From the IMG/VR virus record IMGVR_UViG_2516143071_000007: DNA of 37,657 nt; one strand, given 5' to 3'. Of this stretch, positions 1 to 8,384 are shown one piece after another. Under the pieces are notes generated by a model. That model was not told where the DNA came from. It saw nothing but the letters and a program-made list of their open reading frames with translations, and searched no databases. The stretch comes from a virus (taxonomy: Duplodnaviria; Heunggongvirae; Uroviricota; Caudoviricetes). The position numbers were made by a program, and so were the translations under genes. Within the stretch, counting starts at the first letter, position 1, and every line of letters begins with the position of its first letter.

Positions 1-60
1 GGTATCCGTTCTGCTGAAGTGTCATGGCGTTGATTTTACGGTGACTCTTCGACAGTGAAA

Positions 61-84
61 AGAAAAAAGGCCGCAGAGCGGCCA
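61..84 (-). terminator. Rho-independent terminator candidate downstream of the 138-aa minus-strand ORF
   Basis: GGCCGC-AGAG-GCGGCC hairpin at 69-83 followed on the minus strand by a T-run (plus-strand AAAAAA 62-68). Confidence 0.55.
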
Positions 85-189
85 TAAACACAAACAAAAA
101 TCAATAAGTTAGATAATTATCAAAGACTTACAGACACACAAAAACACAGCCAACCACAACAAATAACAGGGATGTGGTCACTTTGTGGA

Positions 190-606
190 TCATTCACTCC
201 CCTCTTTTTCCTTATTTCGTTGAACGCCAATTGCAACACACGTACTAAGCAAATCTTTACATTTCTCTACGTCTTCAGACTTACGCAATTTGATGCTTTT
301 TACAGACTGCGGGCTACTGTCCGTAGCACGATACATCGTTATTTCAATATCATTTCGGTCTAAGAGTCCCATAATGGCTTTTGCAACCTCCACACCCTTC
401 TTCGCGAAATCAAAGAATAGAGCAAGTTTATATGGATTTTCGACGGAAAAAACTTCAATTTTGCTAAAACCAACATCGTGTAGAGAAAAATATTGCCCAA
501 CCTCATCTCGAAGTTCTGGATCGCATACAATGTCTATTCTCCAGTACTGACCTAAATGCAAATCGCTATTAACTGTTTTTTCCACAACATCCTCCTTACC
601 CAGCAA
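190..606 (-). CDS. Hypothetical protein, 138 aa, AT-rich cargo gene downstream of int
   Basis: Clean ORF; its ATG (606-604) overlaps the int stop (596-598) by 11 nt, suggesting co-transcription; visibly AT-rich; no motif recognised. Confidence 0.55.
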   Translation of the reverse strand: MLGKEDVVEKTVNSDLHLGQYWRIDIVCDPELRDEVGQYFSLHDVGFSKIEVFSVENPYKLALFFDFAKKGVEVAKAIMGLLDRNDIEITMYRATDSSPQSVKSIKLRKSEDVEKCKDLLSTCVAIGVQRNKEKEGSE

Positions 607-1570
607 TAGGATTAAATCTCACCGCATCCTGCAAGTAATCCGGCGCAAGATGGGCATAAATCATCGTTGTCTGAATCTTTGCGTGCCCCAGAATTTTCTG
701 GAGCGTCAGAATATTGCCGCCGTTCATCATGAAATGACTGGCGAAGGTGTGGCGCAGCGCATGAACAGCCTGACCGTCAGGAACATCAGATGCGACCGTT
801 TTGATGACATCGCGAACCAATGGATAATCCAGCGTCGGAAACACCAGTTTCCCGCCCCGTTTTTTGATCTTTTCAAACAGGCTTTCAGAAATAGGAACGG
901 TACGGTTTTTGCTGTTCTTCGTTTTTGAAAAAGTGATTCGACAATGAAGAACACGGCGCTGCTCCAGTACCGCTACCTCGCCCCATCGCGCCCCGGTCGA
1001 CAGAAGGATTTCGACAGCCAGCCGTTCATCGGGATTTTCAGCCAGTGCATCCAGCAACTGAACACATTCAGACTTACTCAGATATCCCATTTCGCGCTCG
1101 TTAACCTTCATTCCTTTAAGGCCTTGAACGGGGTTATCGTTAAGAAAATGGCCGGATGAGATGAGTGCGGTAAACATCGCGCTTAACGCCCCAATCTCTC
1201 GATTTATGGTGCTGGGCTGTATCCCCTGCTCTATCCTGGACACACGTAGCTCGGTGAGCATTGTTGTATTAAGTTTATGCACGCACGGGTCATCCATTGC
1301 CTCACTCAAGCGCAGCAATTTAAGGCGCGTGTTATGCCCTGACTTCATTAGCTGGCCGTGGTATTTCCACCACAAGTCAATAAGCACTGACAGAGGACGG
1401 CGATCAATAGAGTTTCCTTTCCACTCATTGTTATGCTGTTGCGCCAGCACCCACCGCTCATATAAAACTGCATCCGATTTCGTTTTAAATTTTTTGCGGA
1501 TGCGTTTGCCTTTACGCCCCTCAGGGCGCATGTCAAGAAGATACCCTCCCGGAATTGATTTTATGCTCAT
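596..1570 (-). CDS. int: Tyrosine recombinase, P2-type phage integrase
   Basis: C-terminal HALRHTFASH...IQTTMIYAHL catalytic region; start chosen at internal ATG (MSIKSIPGG, 1570), the ORF-track start at 1720 would overlap the repressor gene; position next to repressor. Confidence 0.9.
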   Translation of the reverse strand: MSIKSIPGGYLLDMRPEGRKGKRIRKKFKTKSDAVLYERWVLAQQHNNEWKGNSIDRRPLSVLIDLWWKYHGQLMKSGHNTRLKLLRLSEAMDDPCVHKLNTTMLTELRVSRIEQGIQPSTINREIGALSAMFTALISSGHFLNDNPVQGLKGMKVNEREMGYLSKSECVQLLDALAENPDERLAVEILLSTGARWGEVAVLEQRRVLHCRITFSKTKNSKNRTVPISESLFEKIKKRGGKLVFPTLDYPLVRDVIKTVASDVPDGQAVHALRHTFASHFMMNGGNILTLQKILGHAKIQTTMIYAHLAPDYLQDAVRFNPIAG

Positions 1571-1619
1571 TCGTGAAACCCCAGCGTTACAAGACCACCA
1601 TGCCCCCAGCGTTCCATGA

Positions 1620-1931
1620 TTAGCCGGGCTGTGTACCAGTCTTGCGGGATTTTTGAGAAGACGATGTGTTTTCTGGCCCATCAGGGGAGAGAGAGGGACT
1701 GATCTGCCCAGCAGCCTCATTTGTTTTTCCCGTCATAAGCCATATAGTGTATTTTTCGAAATCCTTAGAATTAATTACGCGATCAACAACGCTTAAACCA
1801 ACCTCTCTTTTACCGCTCTCATAATTCTTTATAGTTCCGAGATTTATCCCAGTAACATCAGCAAACTCAGCTTGAGTTAACCCTTCACTTTTCCGTATCT
1901 CTTTCAGTTTTTTTTCGTACCCACTTGACAT
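1620..1931 (-). CDS. Immunity repressor, HTH_XRE type (P2 C / 186 CI position)
   Basis: HTH segment LTQAEFADVTGINLGTIKNYESGKR; about 100 aa; upstream of int and divergent from early operon. Confidence 0.8.
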   Translation of the reverse strand: MSSGYEKKLKEIRKSEGLTQAEFADVTGINLGTIKNYESGKREVGLSVVDRVINSKDFEKYTIWLMTGKTNEAAGQISPSLSPDGPENTSSSQKSRKTGTQPG

Positions 1932-1941
1932 GGTGGTCTCC

Positions 1942-1986
1942 AGACGACTAAATTAACCCTAAAAGTCGCCTATAGACGACTTTTAG
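1942..1986. promoter_or_regulatory. Early-switch operator: direct AGACGACT repeats and a 10-bp inverted repeat
   Basis: AGACGACT at 1942-1949 and 1974-1981; CTAAAAGTCG (1959-1968) N8 CGACTTTTAG (1977-1986); lies between divergent repressor and cox-position genes. Confidence 0.55.
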
Positions 1987-2022
1987 CAACAAATAACCAC
2001 AGACTGAACAGGTTATCACATC

Positions 2023-2301
2023 ATGACAAAGCTCTTGAACACATACGAGCAAGCGGATTTTGAGCGTTTGGCGGCGTTCTACCCATACCGCGATGAGCAT
2101 GGATTACCGGTACTCGAAGAAAGCCTGAAAGATTACGCGAAGCGTACCAATCAAACTGTTAATGCAGTGAAAAGGCAGGCTGACAGAGCAGCCCTTCCCA
2201 TCAACCAAGAAGAAAAAAACTCAAAACGTACAGTAAATCTCTTCGCAATTTTCCTGAAAACCATCAGAAACGCAGAGAAATACGTGCAGATGACAAAATA
2301 A
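2023..2301 (+). CDS. Cox/Apl-position early protein (putative excision/switch regulator), 92 aa
   Basis: First gene of rightward early operon divergent from repressor; assignment by position only, no sequence similarity to P2 Cox recognised. Confidence 0.45.
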   Translation: MTKLLNTYEQADFERLAAFYPYRDEHGLPVLEESLKDYAKRTNQTVNAVKRQADRAALPINQEEKNSKRTVNLFAIFLKTIRNAEKYVQMTK

Positions 2302-2315
2302 CGAGGTGTCATTTT

Positions 2316-2654
2316 ATGCTGAAGCAACGCCGTAATTTTCGTACCGGAACAGAACGCCACGCTAACCATTTCGCTACCAACGCATCACGCAGCAACATCC
2401 GCTACAGCCTGAGCGAGACGCACGCAACACCTGATGGCCACACAGTAAAACAAATTGGCGAACACACCTGGCTAATTGAAAAAGCTGGAATCGTGGTTCA
2501 CAGATGCCCACGCAATCCGTTTACCGGAAATCGCATTTTTGCACTAAGCAGCGGCGACAATCAGTTCGGGCAGGATTTCACATTATACGAAGCACTACGC
2601 ACGGTTGATCGTCTGCTTCGCGGACAAAGTTTTATTAAACAGGCTGATTTATAA
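2316..2654 (+). CDS. Hypothetical early protein, 112 aa
   Basis: ORF with GAGGTG Shine-Dalgarno upstream of ATG. Confidence 0.5.
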   Translation: MLKQRRNFRTGTERHANHFATNASRSNIRYSLSETHATPDGHTVKQIGEHTWLIEKAGIVVHRCPRNPFTGNRIFALSSGDNQFGQDFTLYEALRTVDRLLRGQSFIKQADL

Positions 2655-2664
2655 CAGGTGCTTT

Positions 2665-2952
2665 ATGACCAAAGAGCATGCACAAGGTGTATTTATCCGT
2701 TTTATTGATTTTCGCGGTGAACTGTTATTACGCGCATCCGCTATTGATGGAGTGGCTCCGGCGGGTAAAAACGGAGTCGACGAAGCCACTTACGTTTATC
2801 TGAACGGCACGCGACTGCTTGTGGAACTTCCGTACCAGACCGTACGAGAAATCATTAGCGAAGCTGAAAAGGCACGCCAGGTTAATGGCGATAAACCCTA
2901 TATCGAAATTATCTGCATAGATTCAGAAGCTGAAATTCAGAAAGCAGATTAA
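2665..2952 (+). CDS. Hypothetical early protein, 95 aa
   Basis: ATG at 2665 preceded by AGGTG; the ORF-track 5' extension overlaps the previous gene. Confidence 0.5.
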   Translation: MTKEHAQGVFIRFIDFRGELLLRASAIDGVAPAGKNGVDEATYVYLNGTRLLVELPYQTVREIISEAEKARQVNGDKPYIEIICIDSEAEIQKAD

Positions 2953-2963
2953 AGGGCGTTGCG

Positions 2964-3206
2964 ATGGGCAAAGAATATAAAACTCTCATTAACAAAGCAC
3001 TTGAGCGTTTTTATTTTCGCTTAAGTGCATCAGGCGCTCATGCTGAACGTGCAGCCCGTGACTCATTGACCAGGGCAATCCGGAGTCTGTATGACGTGGC
3101 TTTTTACGCTGATGATCTGGATGCACTTAACGAACTTTCCGAGCTGATCTGTGCCGCAGAATGCGGGGAACATATTGAACCGTATAAGCTGGGGAATATC
3201 GCATGA
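2964..3206 (+). CDS. Hypothetical early protein, 80 aa
   Basis: ORF in early operon, compact spacing. Confidence 0.5.
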   Translation: MGKEYKTLINKALERFYFRLSASGAHAERAARDSLTRAIRSLYDVAFYADDLDALNELSELICAAECGEHIEPYKLGNIA

Positions 3207-3316
3207 GTATATTTATCTCATGGCTTGTTCTGATTATTTCGGTGGCCTGCGCCATTGGGATTATGCGAATTATTCATTCAGTGAAAAAGATTGAACGTTA
3301 TTTCCCTGACGAATAA
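3203..3316 (+). CDS. Small hydrophobic peptide, 37 aa (MSIFISWLVLIISVACAIGIM...)
   Basis: ATG overlaps the upstream stop (ATGA); one predicted TM helix; below the ORF-track size cutoff. Confidence 0.35.
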   Translation: MSIFISWLVLIISVACAIGIMRIIHSVKKIERYFPDE

Positions 3317-3404
3317 CAGCACAAACAAAACACCAGATTAAATAAGAAAACGTGAAAACATCTGCATTAGCGGAGGGATTCACACATTTAAAGAAGGGGT
3401 GACA

Positions 3405-3725
3405 ATGAATAAGAATGCAAAAATCATCAAAATTCACGAAAGAATATTAATAATTCTCAAGCACCTCCACGATGATGAACTGGATGAGGCACTACTCGTC
3501 GCTATTGAACTCACCAAAAACCTTGTTGACGGAACCTGCCCGGAACATAAACCAGGCCTGTTTATGGTACTGCTGACAGCGAAAGCTCTGTTAGAGGAGC
3601 TCTCATCGACCATCAACTCGCTTCTCACCGAAATAGACGAACTACACGACCACATTGAAGGACTGGAAATTCAGCTATCTCGCGTTCGTCGTCAGAAACA
3701 GAGCGGTGAGCGCAATGGCAATTAA
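3405..3725 (+). CDS. Hypothetical early protein, about 106 aa
   Basis: ATG at 3405 preceded by AAGAAGGGG; acidic and coiled-coil-like. Confidence 0.5.
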   Translation: MNKNAKIIKIHERILIILKHLHDDELDEALLVAIELTKNLVDGTCPEHKPGLFMVLLTAKALLEELSSTINSLLTEIDELHDHIEGLEIQLSRVRRQKQSGERNGN

Positions 3726-3918
3726 GCGTTTTTCCGTCATTCGTTTCACCTCCAGAGGGCGTGAATACGAAATTGACGAACGGCTGATTAAAACGCTCGA
3801 CCGTCACCGTTCGCAACCTGACGCGCATCACATTTATCTCACTGACGACACTTACTTCTGCGCCACCAACGTGGTGCAGGTAAATCTTATCAGACAGGTA
3901 CAGGAGTCACGCAAATGA
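3715..3918 (+). CDS. Hypothetical early protein, about 67 aa
   Basis: Start at internal ATG (MAIKRFSV) overlapping the upstream gene end; GGTGAG upstream. Confidence 0.4.
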   Translation: MAIKRFSVIRFTSRGREYEIDERLIKTLDRHRSQPDAHHIYLTDDTYFCATNVVQVNLIRQVQESRK

Positions 3919-4160
3919 CCATTCTGGACTACATCGCCGCCAATCCGGGTTGTAGCGGTAGCGAAATCGCCACAGCACTGAATACCCCAACCACAGCCAT
4001 TAATTCGGAGTTACGCCGACTCTGGCGCGACGGCTTAGTCATCAGAGAAGAACGCAAAACAGGCGGTCGGTTCTCTTACCTGGTAAACCCGATGCCGTTC
4101 GGGTGTGGCAACCCACTTACTCACATGTTTAACCAGCTACTGAAGGAAGCCAGAGCATGA
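3915..4160 (+). CDS. Small winged-helix-like DNA-binding protein, 81 aa
   Basis: Pattern GSEIATALNTPTTAINSELRRLWRDGLV resembles MarR/wHTH recognition helix-wing; CAGGAG Shine-Dalgarno; ATGA coupling. Confidence 0.5.
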   Translation: MTILDYIAANPGCSGSEIATALNTPTTAINSELRRLWRDGLVIREERKTGGRFSYLVNPMPFGCGNPLTHMFNQLLKEARA

Positions 4161-4456
4161 GCACCATCAACCACCAGAAGCTACGCGAACTGGCATTTGC
4201 CCTGCAACGAATGGCAACGCCTCAAAAATTACTGGCATTTCGCGCAATGCTCTCGCCGTCTGCCGTGCTGGCACTGCTGGATGAGCTGGAGCACGCCAGA
4301 ACCACGGCTCCTGCCATTCGCCTGACGCTCCATCATGAAATCGCTGATTTCTGCGCGACGTTGAAGGCGCCAGGCGAACCGGAAACACCGGAAGCAATAC
4401 AGCAAGAGCTGCTGCAACGCATTGACAAGGTTTTTGATTTTTTTCTGAACCAGTAA
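4157..4456 (+). CDS. Hypothetical early protein, 99 aa
   Basis: ORF coupled to the upstream gene (ATGA overlap). Confidence 0.5.
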   Translation: MSTINHQKLRELAFALQRMATPQKLLAFRAMLSPSAVLALLDELEHARTTAPAIRLTLHHEIADFCATLKAPGEPETPEAIQQELLQRIDKVFDFFLNQ

Positions 4457-4559
4457 GAAACCAGAACATGCACACACAAAAAAACCGCTTGCCATGCCGC
4501 AATCAGTCAGGTTACATTTCCGCTGCACCTCATAAAACGGGTGCCGGGATTTCCACCCC

Positions 4560-4770
4560 GCTGACTATACACGCGCACAACCGCGCCAGCGGTTTTTTTG
4601 TGCGTACCGCATCGCCACGTCTTTTTCGCACACGAATTATGGTGGGGCGTATGGGGCCGACTTTGGTCGGGCCGGGTTCGTGTATAGCCGGTTGTGGAAA
4701 CCCTGTACGTCTCACCACCCCGAGTTTTCCACCTCTGGATGGTGAGTTTTCAAAACTTACTATACACGAG
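4560..4770. promoter_or_regulatory. Three copies of CTATACACG in a 320-bp noncoding gap upstream of the replication operon
   Basis: ACTATACACG at 4564-4573 and 4759-4768 (plus), CTATACACG inverted at 4679-4687; no plausible ORF with a ribosome-binding site in the gap. Confidence 0.4.
4579..4600 (+). terminator. Rho-independent terminator candidate
   Basis: AACCGC-GCCA-GCGGTT stem-loop followed by TTTTTTT. Confidence 0.5.
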
Positions 4771-4778
4771 GCCACACC

Positions 4779-5009
4779 ATGGCAAACCGCAAACAACAGC
4801 GCGCATACGCTGCGCGTCGTCACATCCAGACTGAAATCAACCGCAGACTTTACCGCGCATCACGCGTCGCGCAAATCATGCACATCAATATGCTGCATGA
4901 GCGCAGCCACGCACTATCAAACATTTATTCCGCCTCTGTTTTCAGCTATCTGGCGGATGATCTGCACGAGCTTCAACAGCTCATCCAGCAGCAAAACAAA
5001 CTCCATTAA
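4779..5009 (+). CDS. Hypothetical protein, 76 aa
   Basis: ORF immediately after the third CTATACACG site; weak GAGG upstream. Confidence 0.4.
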   Translation: MANRKQQRAYAARRHIQTEINRRLYRASRVAQIMHINMLHERSHALSNIYSASVFSYLADDLHELQQLIQQQNKLH

Positions 5010-5081
5010 TTCCTGTTCCGGGCCTTTCCTGCACCTTGCGGCGGGAGGCCTTCGCACATCTGTAGTAAAGAGAATTGCAGC

Positions 5082-5471
5082 ATGATTGACGCTCATGACT
5101 TCACAAGATGGGTGCGCACACAGGACACCCGTCTGGCTCCCGTTCTTCAGGGGTTATTTGATCTCTACATCCGTGGTCGTGACAACAGAGCACGCACCAC
5201 AAAACCGGAGAATGCAGACACCCTTTATTTCACAGTAGACGACTGCTACCGCGTGGACTTCACACCACACGGACTGGCGTTGCACTGCCTGACACCGCAC
5301 GGCGAATCACTGCTGGCGTATTACGACTCCCCGGCCTCCGTATTTGCAGCAATGCTGGCGCATCGCACTGCTGGCGGGTGTGCCTCGCTGAGTGAATACA
5401 CCGCTGAATTTAACCGCCTTTCCGCCCTCTTCTCGCAGGAGTGGCAGCGCGTGACGGGATACCAGCCATGA
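5082..5471 (+). CDS. Hypothetical protein, 129 aa, coupled to replication gene A (P2 B position)
   Basis: Stop overlaps A start in ATGA; no motif recognised. Confidence 0.5.
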   Translation: MIDAHDFTRWVRTQDTRLAPVLQGLFDLYIRGRDNRARTTKPENADTLYFTVDDCYRVDFTPHGLALHCLTPHGESLLAYYDSPASVFAAMLAHRTAGGCASLSEYTAEFNRLSALFSQEWQRVTGYQP

Positions 5472-8308
5472 GTGCGTTTGCATGGAGCTGGAATGAACCA
5501 CGACCAGCTATTGATCCGGCCAGATTTACGGAGCACAGGCAGGAAACTGAAACCGACCTGCAACGCGCCATCCGTTACTACCTTGAGGCGGACAAAAGGG
5601 CACAGGAAGAACAGGAAGCGAAGAAAGAAGCCTTTTTCGCACAATCCGCCATGGGTAAAAAACTCATGGCATCCCTTGAGGAAGCCGGACAGCGTGAGAA
5701 GCTGGCACAGAGCATCATCAGTAAGCGCCGGGCAACAGAACAAGACCCGGTAGCCCGTGCCTTTGCCACACTGAAGGCGCTTCCCGTTTATCTGCGAGAA
5801 CCTCTGAGCCGCCACCTCTCTTTCCTGCGCAAGAAGCAGGAAGCCGATCGTCAGAAAGGCAAAAAGAGCTGGCAGGCGGAACGCTATGCACGCGGAACCC
5901 TGCGCAAAATATTCGAACGTCTGGATCGCACTGACGGGCGCTGGCTGACACCTGGTTATCGCTCCCTTGCCGGACGCGAACGCCTGGACGATTTGCTTTA
6001 CCTGCCGCAGCTCAACAAACACCAGATACAGACGCTGGCCACCATGACGGCGGCGATGTTCAGCAGCACCTTCGAAAAACTCTGCGATGGCTTTGGCGCG
6101 ACCGATGGCGAGCTGACCATGGATGTAACGCTGAAGACGTATCAGATGCTGGCCCGCATGGCGTTACACCTGCACGCCATGCCTCCACATTATGACGCAC
6201 TGACAACAGACAAAGACCGGAGGAACGAACCAGACACGGAGCTGCTGCCGGGCGCAATCCTTCGCCTGACCTGTGCGGAATGGTGGAAACGCAAACTGTG
6301 GCTGTTACGTTGCGAGTGGAGAGAAGAACAACTCCGCGCCGCCTGTCTGGTTTCCAGAAAAACATCACCCTATCTGAGCCAGGACGCGTTAAGCGAGTTT
6401 CGCGCACAGCGCGAGAAAACACGCGATTTCCTGAAAAGTTTCATGCTGGAAAACGAAGACGGGTTCACGATTGATCTCGAGACAGTGTATTACGCGGGAG
6501 TAAGTAACCCGGTTCACCGTAAGGCAGAAATGATGGCCACCATGAAGGGACTGGAACTTCTGGCCGAAGCCCGTGGCGACAGAGCGGTGTTTCTGACTGT
6601 CACCTGCCCGTCAAAATACCACGCAACAACGGAGAACGGTCATCCGAACCCTAAATGGAACGGGGCCACCATGCGCGACTCCAGCGATTACCTGGTTAAC
6701 ACGTTTTTTGCGGCGGTCCGCAAAAAACTGAACCGCGACGGTCTGCGCTGGTATGGCATCCGCACGGTGGAGCCTCACCATGACGGCACTGTGCACTGGC
6801 ATATGATGGTCTTTGCTCATCCGGAAGAAATCGACAGCATCGTGGCCATCACCCGCGATATTGCCATTCAGGAAGACCGCCACGAGCTGGGCAATGATAT
6901 TACTCCGCGCTTTAAGGTGGAGTATGTCGACGGCTCAAAAGGCACACCAACCAGCTACATCGCCACCTACATCGGAAAGAACCTGGACAGCCGCGCCGTG
7001 GATGGCATCGACCCGAAAACGGGCAAGCCACGCGTTGACCACGAAACCGGAAAATCAATGGCCGAGAGCGTGGAACGCGCCATCGGCTGGGCGCGCCTTC
7101 ACCGGGTCCGCCAGTTCCAGTTCTTTGGTATCCCCTCCCGTCAGGTGTGGCGTGAACTGCGCCGCCTTGCCAGCCAGATGGCACGCAACCCGGAAGGCCC
7201 GCAACGGCTGAAGGATGACGCAATGGACGCGGTACTCGCTGCCGCTGATGCCGGATGTTTTGCCACCTACATTGAGAAACAGGGTGGCGTACTTGTTCCA
7301 CGCAAAGACTACCTGATTCGCACCGCCTACGACCTCGCAGATGAGCTGAACGATTACGGTGAACAGAGCGTACAGATTTACGGGATCTGGTCGCCGCTCA
7401 TTGGGGAGTCTTCCCGCGTATGCACGCATCCGGATAACTGGAAGCTGGTAAGACGCAAACCGGAAGCGGAAGACAGCGCCCGCGAAAATGGTTTTGACCT
7501 TCAGGGCGGCCCTGCCGCCCCTTGGACTCGTGGCAATAACTGTCCCCGTGTACAGGAAACGGACAACAACGGGACAGAACAGCCGGAAGAACGGCCAGCA
7601 CCGTGGCCGCAGCTCCCTGACGGCGTTGATGTGGATGAATGGATGCGCTCACTGAAACGGCACGAACGCCGGGCGCTGATGCGTTCGCTTCGTGACAAAC
7701 AGGCAAAAAACAGCAGTGATGAAATGCAGAGCTGGACACAGAGCCGCAAACAGCAGCGGCCTTTGCCTGATAACCACGAATTACTCGCTAAAGAATGGCG
7801 GGAGTCTGCTGAATCTCTCGGCCTGCATATCGGTGAACAACAGATGCAGCACCTGTTACGGGGCGGCAGTCTGTACGTTGACGGCAGCATCATTGCACCG
7901 CAGGGATTTGAAATTGTACGCAAACCGGATACCCGCCCGGACAGCCGAATCACGCAGCTCTGGCAGCGCCTGAGCCGTAATCATGGCGTAAGCAGCACGG
8001 AGATCCGCCATAACCCGGTCGCCAGCTATCTGACACAGCTGGGGGCATCAGACCCTGAAGCCGCCGCACGCCTGGCATCCACACTTCAGCAGGACCAGAA
8101 CACCATGAAAACACCCGTTACCGTGCTTTCTGACATGCTGCGCGCCATCCGCGACGCAGAGCACGCACAGAGAATCAGTGAAACCACTGAACGCGCCCGC
8201 CGCAAAGCAGACCTGCTGCGGGGTGGCCTGACCAGTGGAAACAAAAAACAGACAGAAACGGGACTCACGAATCCCGTAAATGAGCAAAAAACGCGCAGCG
8301 ATATATGA
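5468..8308 (+). CDS. A: Rolling-circle replication initiator/endonuclease, P2 gpA family
   Basis: HUH motif HWHMMVF and paired tyrosines YIATYIGKN; start at ATG overlapping upstream stop; long C-terminal extension relative to P2 A as I recall it. Confidence 0.85.
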   Translation: MSAFAWSWNEPRPAIDPARFTEHRQETETDLQRAIRYYLEADKRAQEEQEAKKEAFFAQSAMGKKLMASLEEAGQREKLAQSIISKRRATEQDPVARAFATLKALPVYLREPLSRHLSFLRKKQEADRQKGKKSWQAERYARGTLRKIFERLDRTDGRWLTPGYRSLAGRERLDDLLYLPQLNKHQIQTLATMTAAMFSSTFEKLCDGFGATDGELTMDVTLKTYQMLARMALHLHAMPPHYDALTTDKDRRNEPDTELLPGAILRLTCAEWWKRKLWLLRCEWREEQLRAACLVSRKTSPYLSQDALSEFRAQREKTRDFLKSFMLENEDGFTIDLETVYYAGVSNPVHRKAEMMATMKGLELLAEARGDRAVFLTVTCPSKYHATTENGHPNPKWNGATMRDSSDYLVNTFFAAVRKKLNRDGLRWYGIRTVEPHHDGTVHWHMMVFAHPEEIDSIVAITRDIAIQEDRHELGNDITPRFKVEYVDGSKGTPTSYIATYIGKNLDSRAVDGIDPKTGKPRVDHETGKSMAESVERAIGWARLHRVRQFQFFGIPSRQVWRELRRLASQMARNPEGPQRLKDDAMDAVLAAADAGCFATYIEKQGGVLVPRKDYLIRTAYDLADELNDYGEQSVQIYGIWSPLIGESSRVCTHPDNWKLVRRKPEAEDSARENGFDLQGGPAAPWTRGNNCPRVQETDNNGTEQPEERPAPWPQLPDGVDVDEWMRSLKRHERRALMRSLRDKQAKNSSDEMQSWTQSRKQQRPLPDNHELLAKEWRESAESLGLHIGEQQMQHLLRGGSLYVDGSIIAPQGFEIVRKPDTRPDSRITQLWQRLSRNHGVSSTEIRHNPVASYLTQLGASDPEAAARLASTLQQDQNTMKTPVTVLSDMLRAIRDAEHAQRISETTERARRKADLLRGGLTSGNKKQTETGLTNPVNEQKTRSDI

Positions 8309-8353
8309 AGCGCGCACAAAACAGGCAAAAACGGGATTTCAGAATCCCGTAAA
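8257..8353. repeat. Two 24-bp palindrome-containing direct repeats flanking the parM upstream region
   Basis: AAACGGGACTCACGAATCCCGTAAA (8257-8280, inside the 3' end of A) and AAACGGGATTTCAGAATCCCGTAAA (8329-8353); each carries ACGGGA-N7-TCCCGT. Confidence 0.6.
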
Positions 8354-8384
8354 CGATTAATTAATCAACATAAGGAAAAGCGAC

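Noticed and set aside
1-190. tRNA or att core at the left edge (P2-like phages often integrate at tRNA genes)
   Set aside because: No cloverleaf-like or tRNA-like sequence visible by eye, and no repeat shared with the region after ogr could be established; boundaries cannot be called from this window
4468-5085. 205-aa plus-strand ORF spanning the noncoding gap and gene 4779-5009
   Set aside because: No ribosome-binding site, runs through a terminator hairpin and the CTATACACG sites, and overlaps a better-supported gene; likely an open frame in GC-rich DNA
5321-8317. Multiple long minus-strand ORFs inside gene A (for example 5321-6022, 6912-7301, 7501-7953, 8048-8317)
   Set aside because: Antisense to a motif-supported 946-aa gene; Arg/Cys-rich translations typical of non-coding frames in GC-rich sequence
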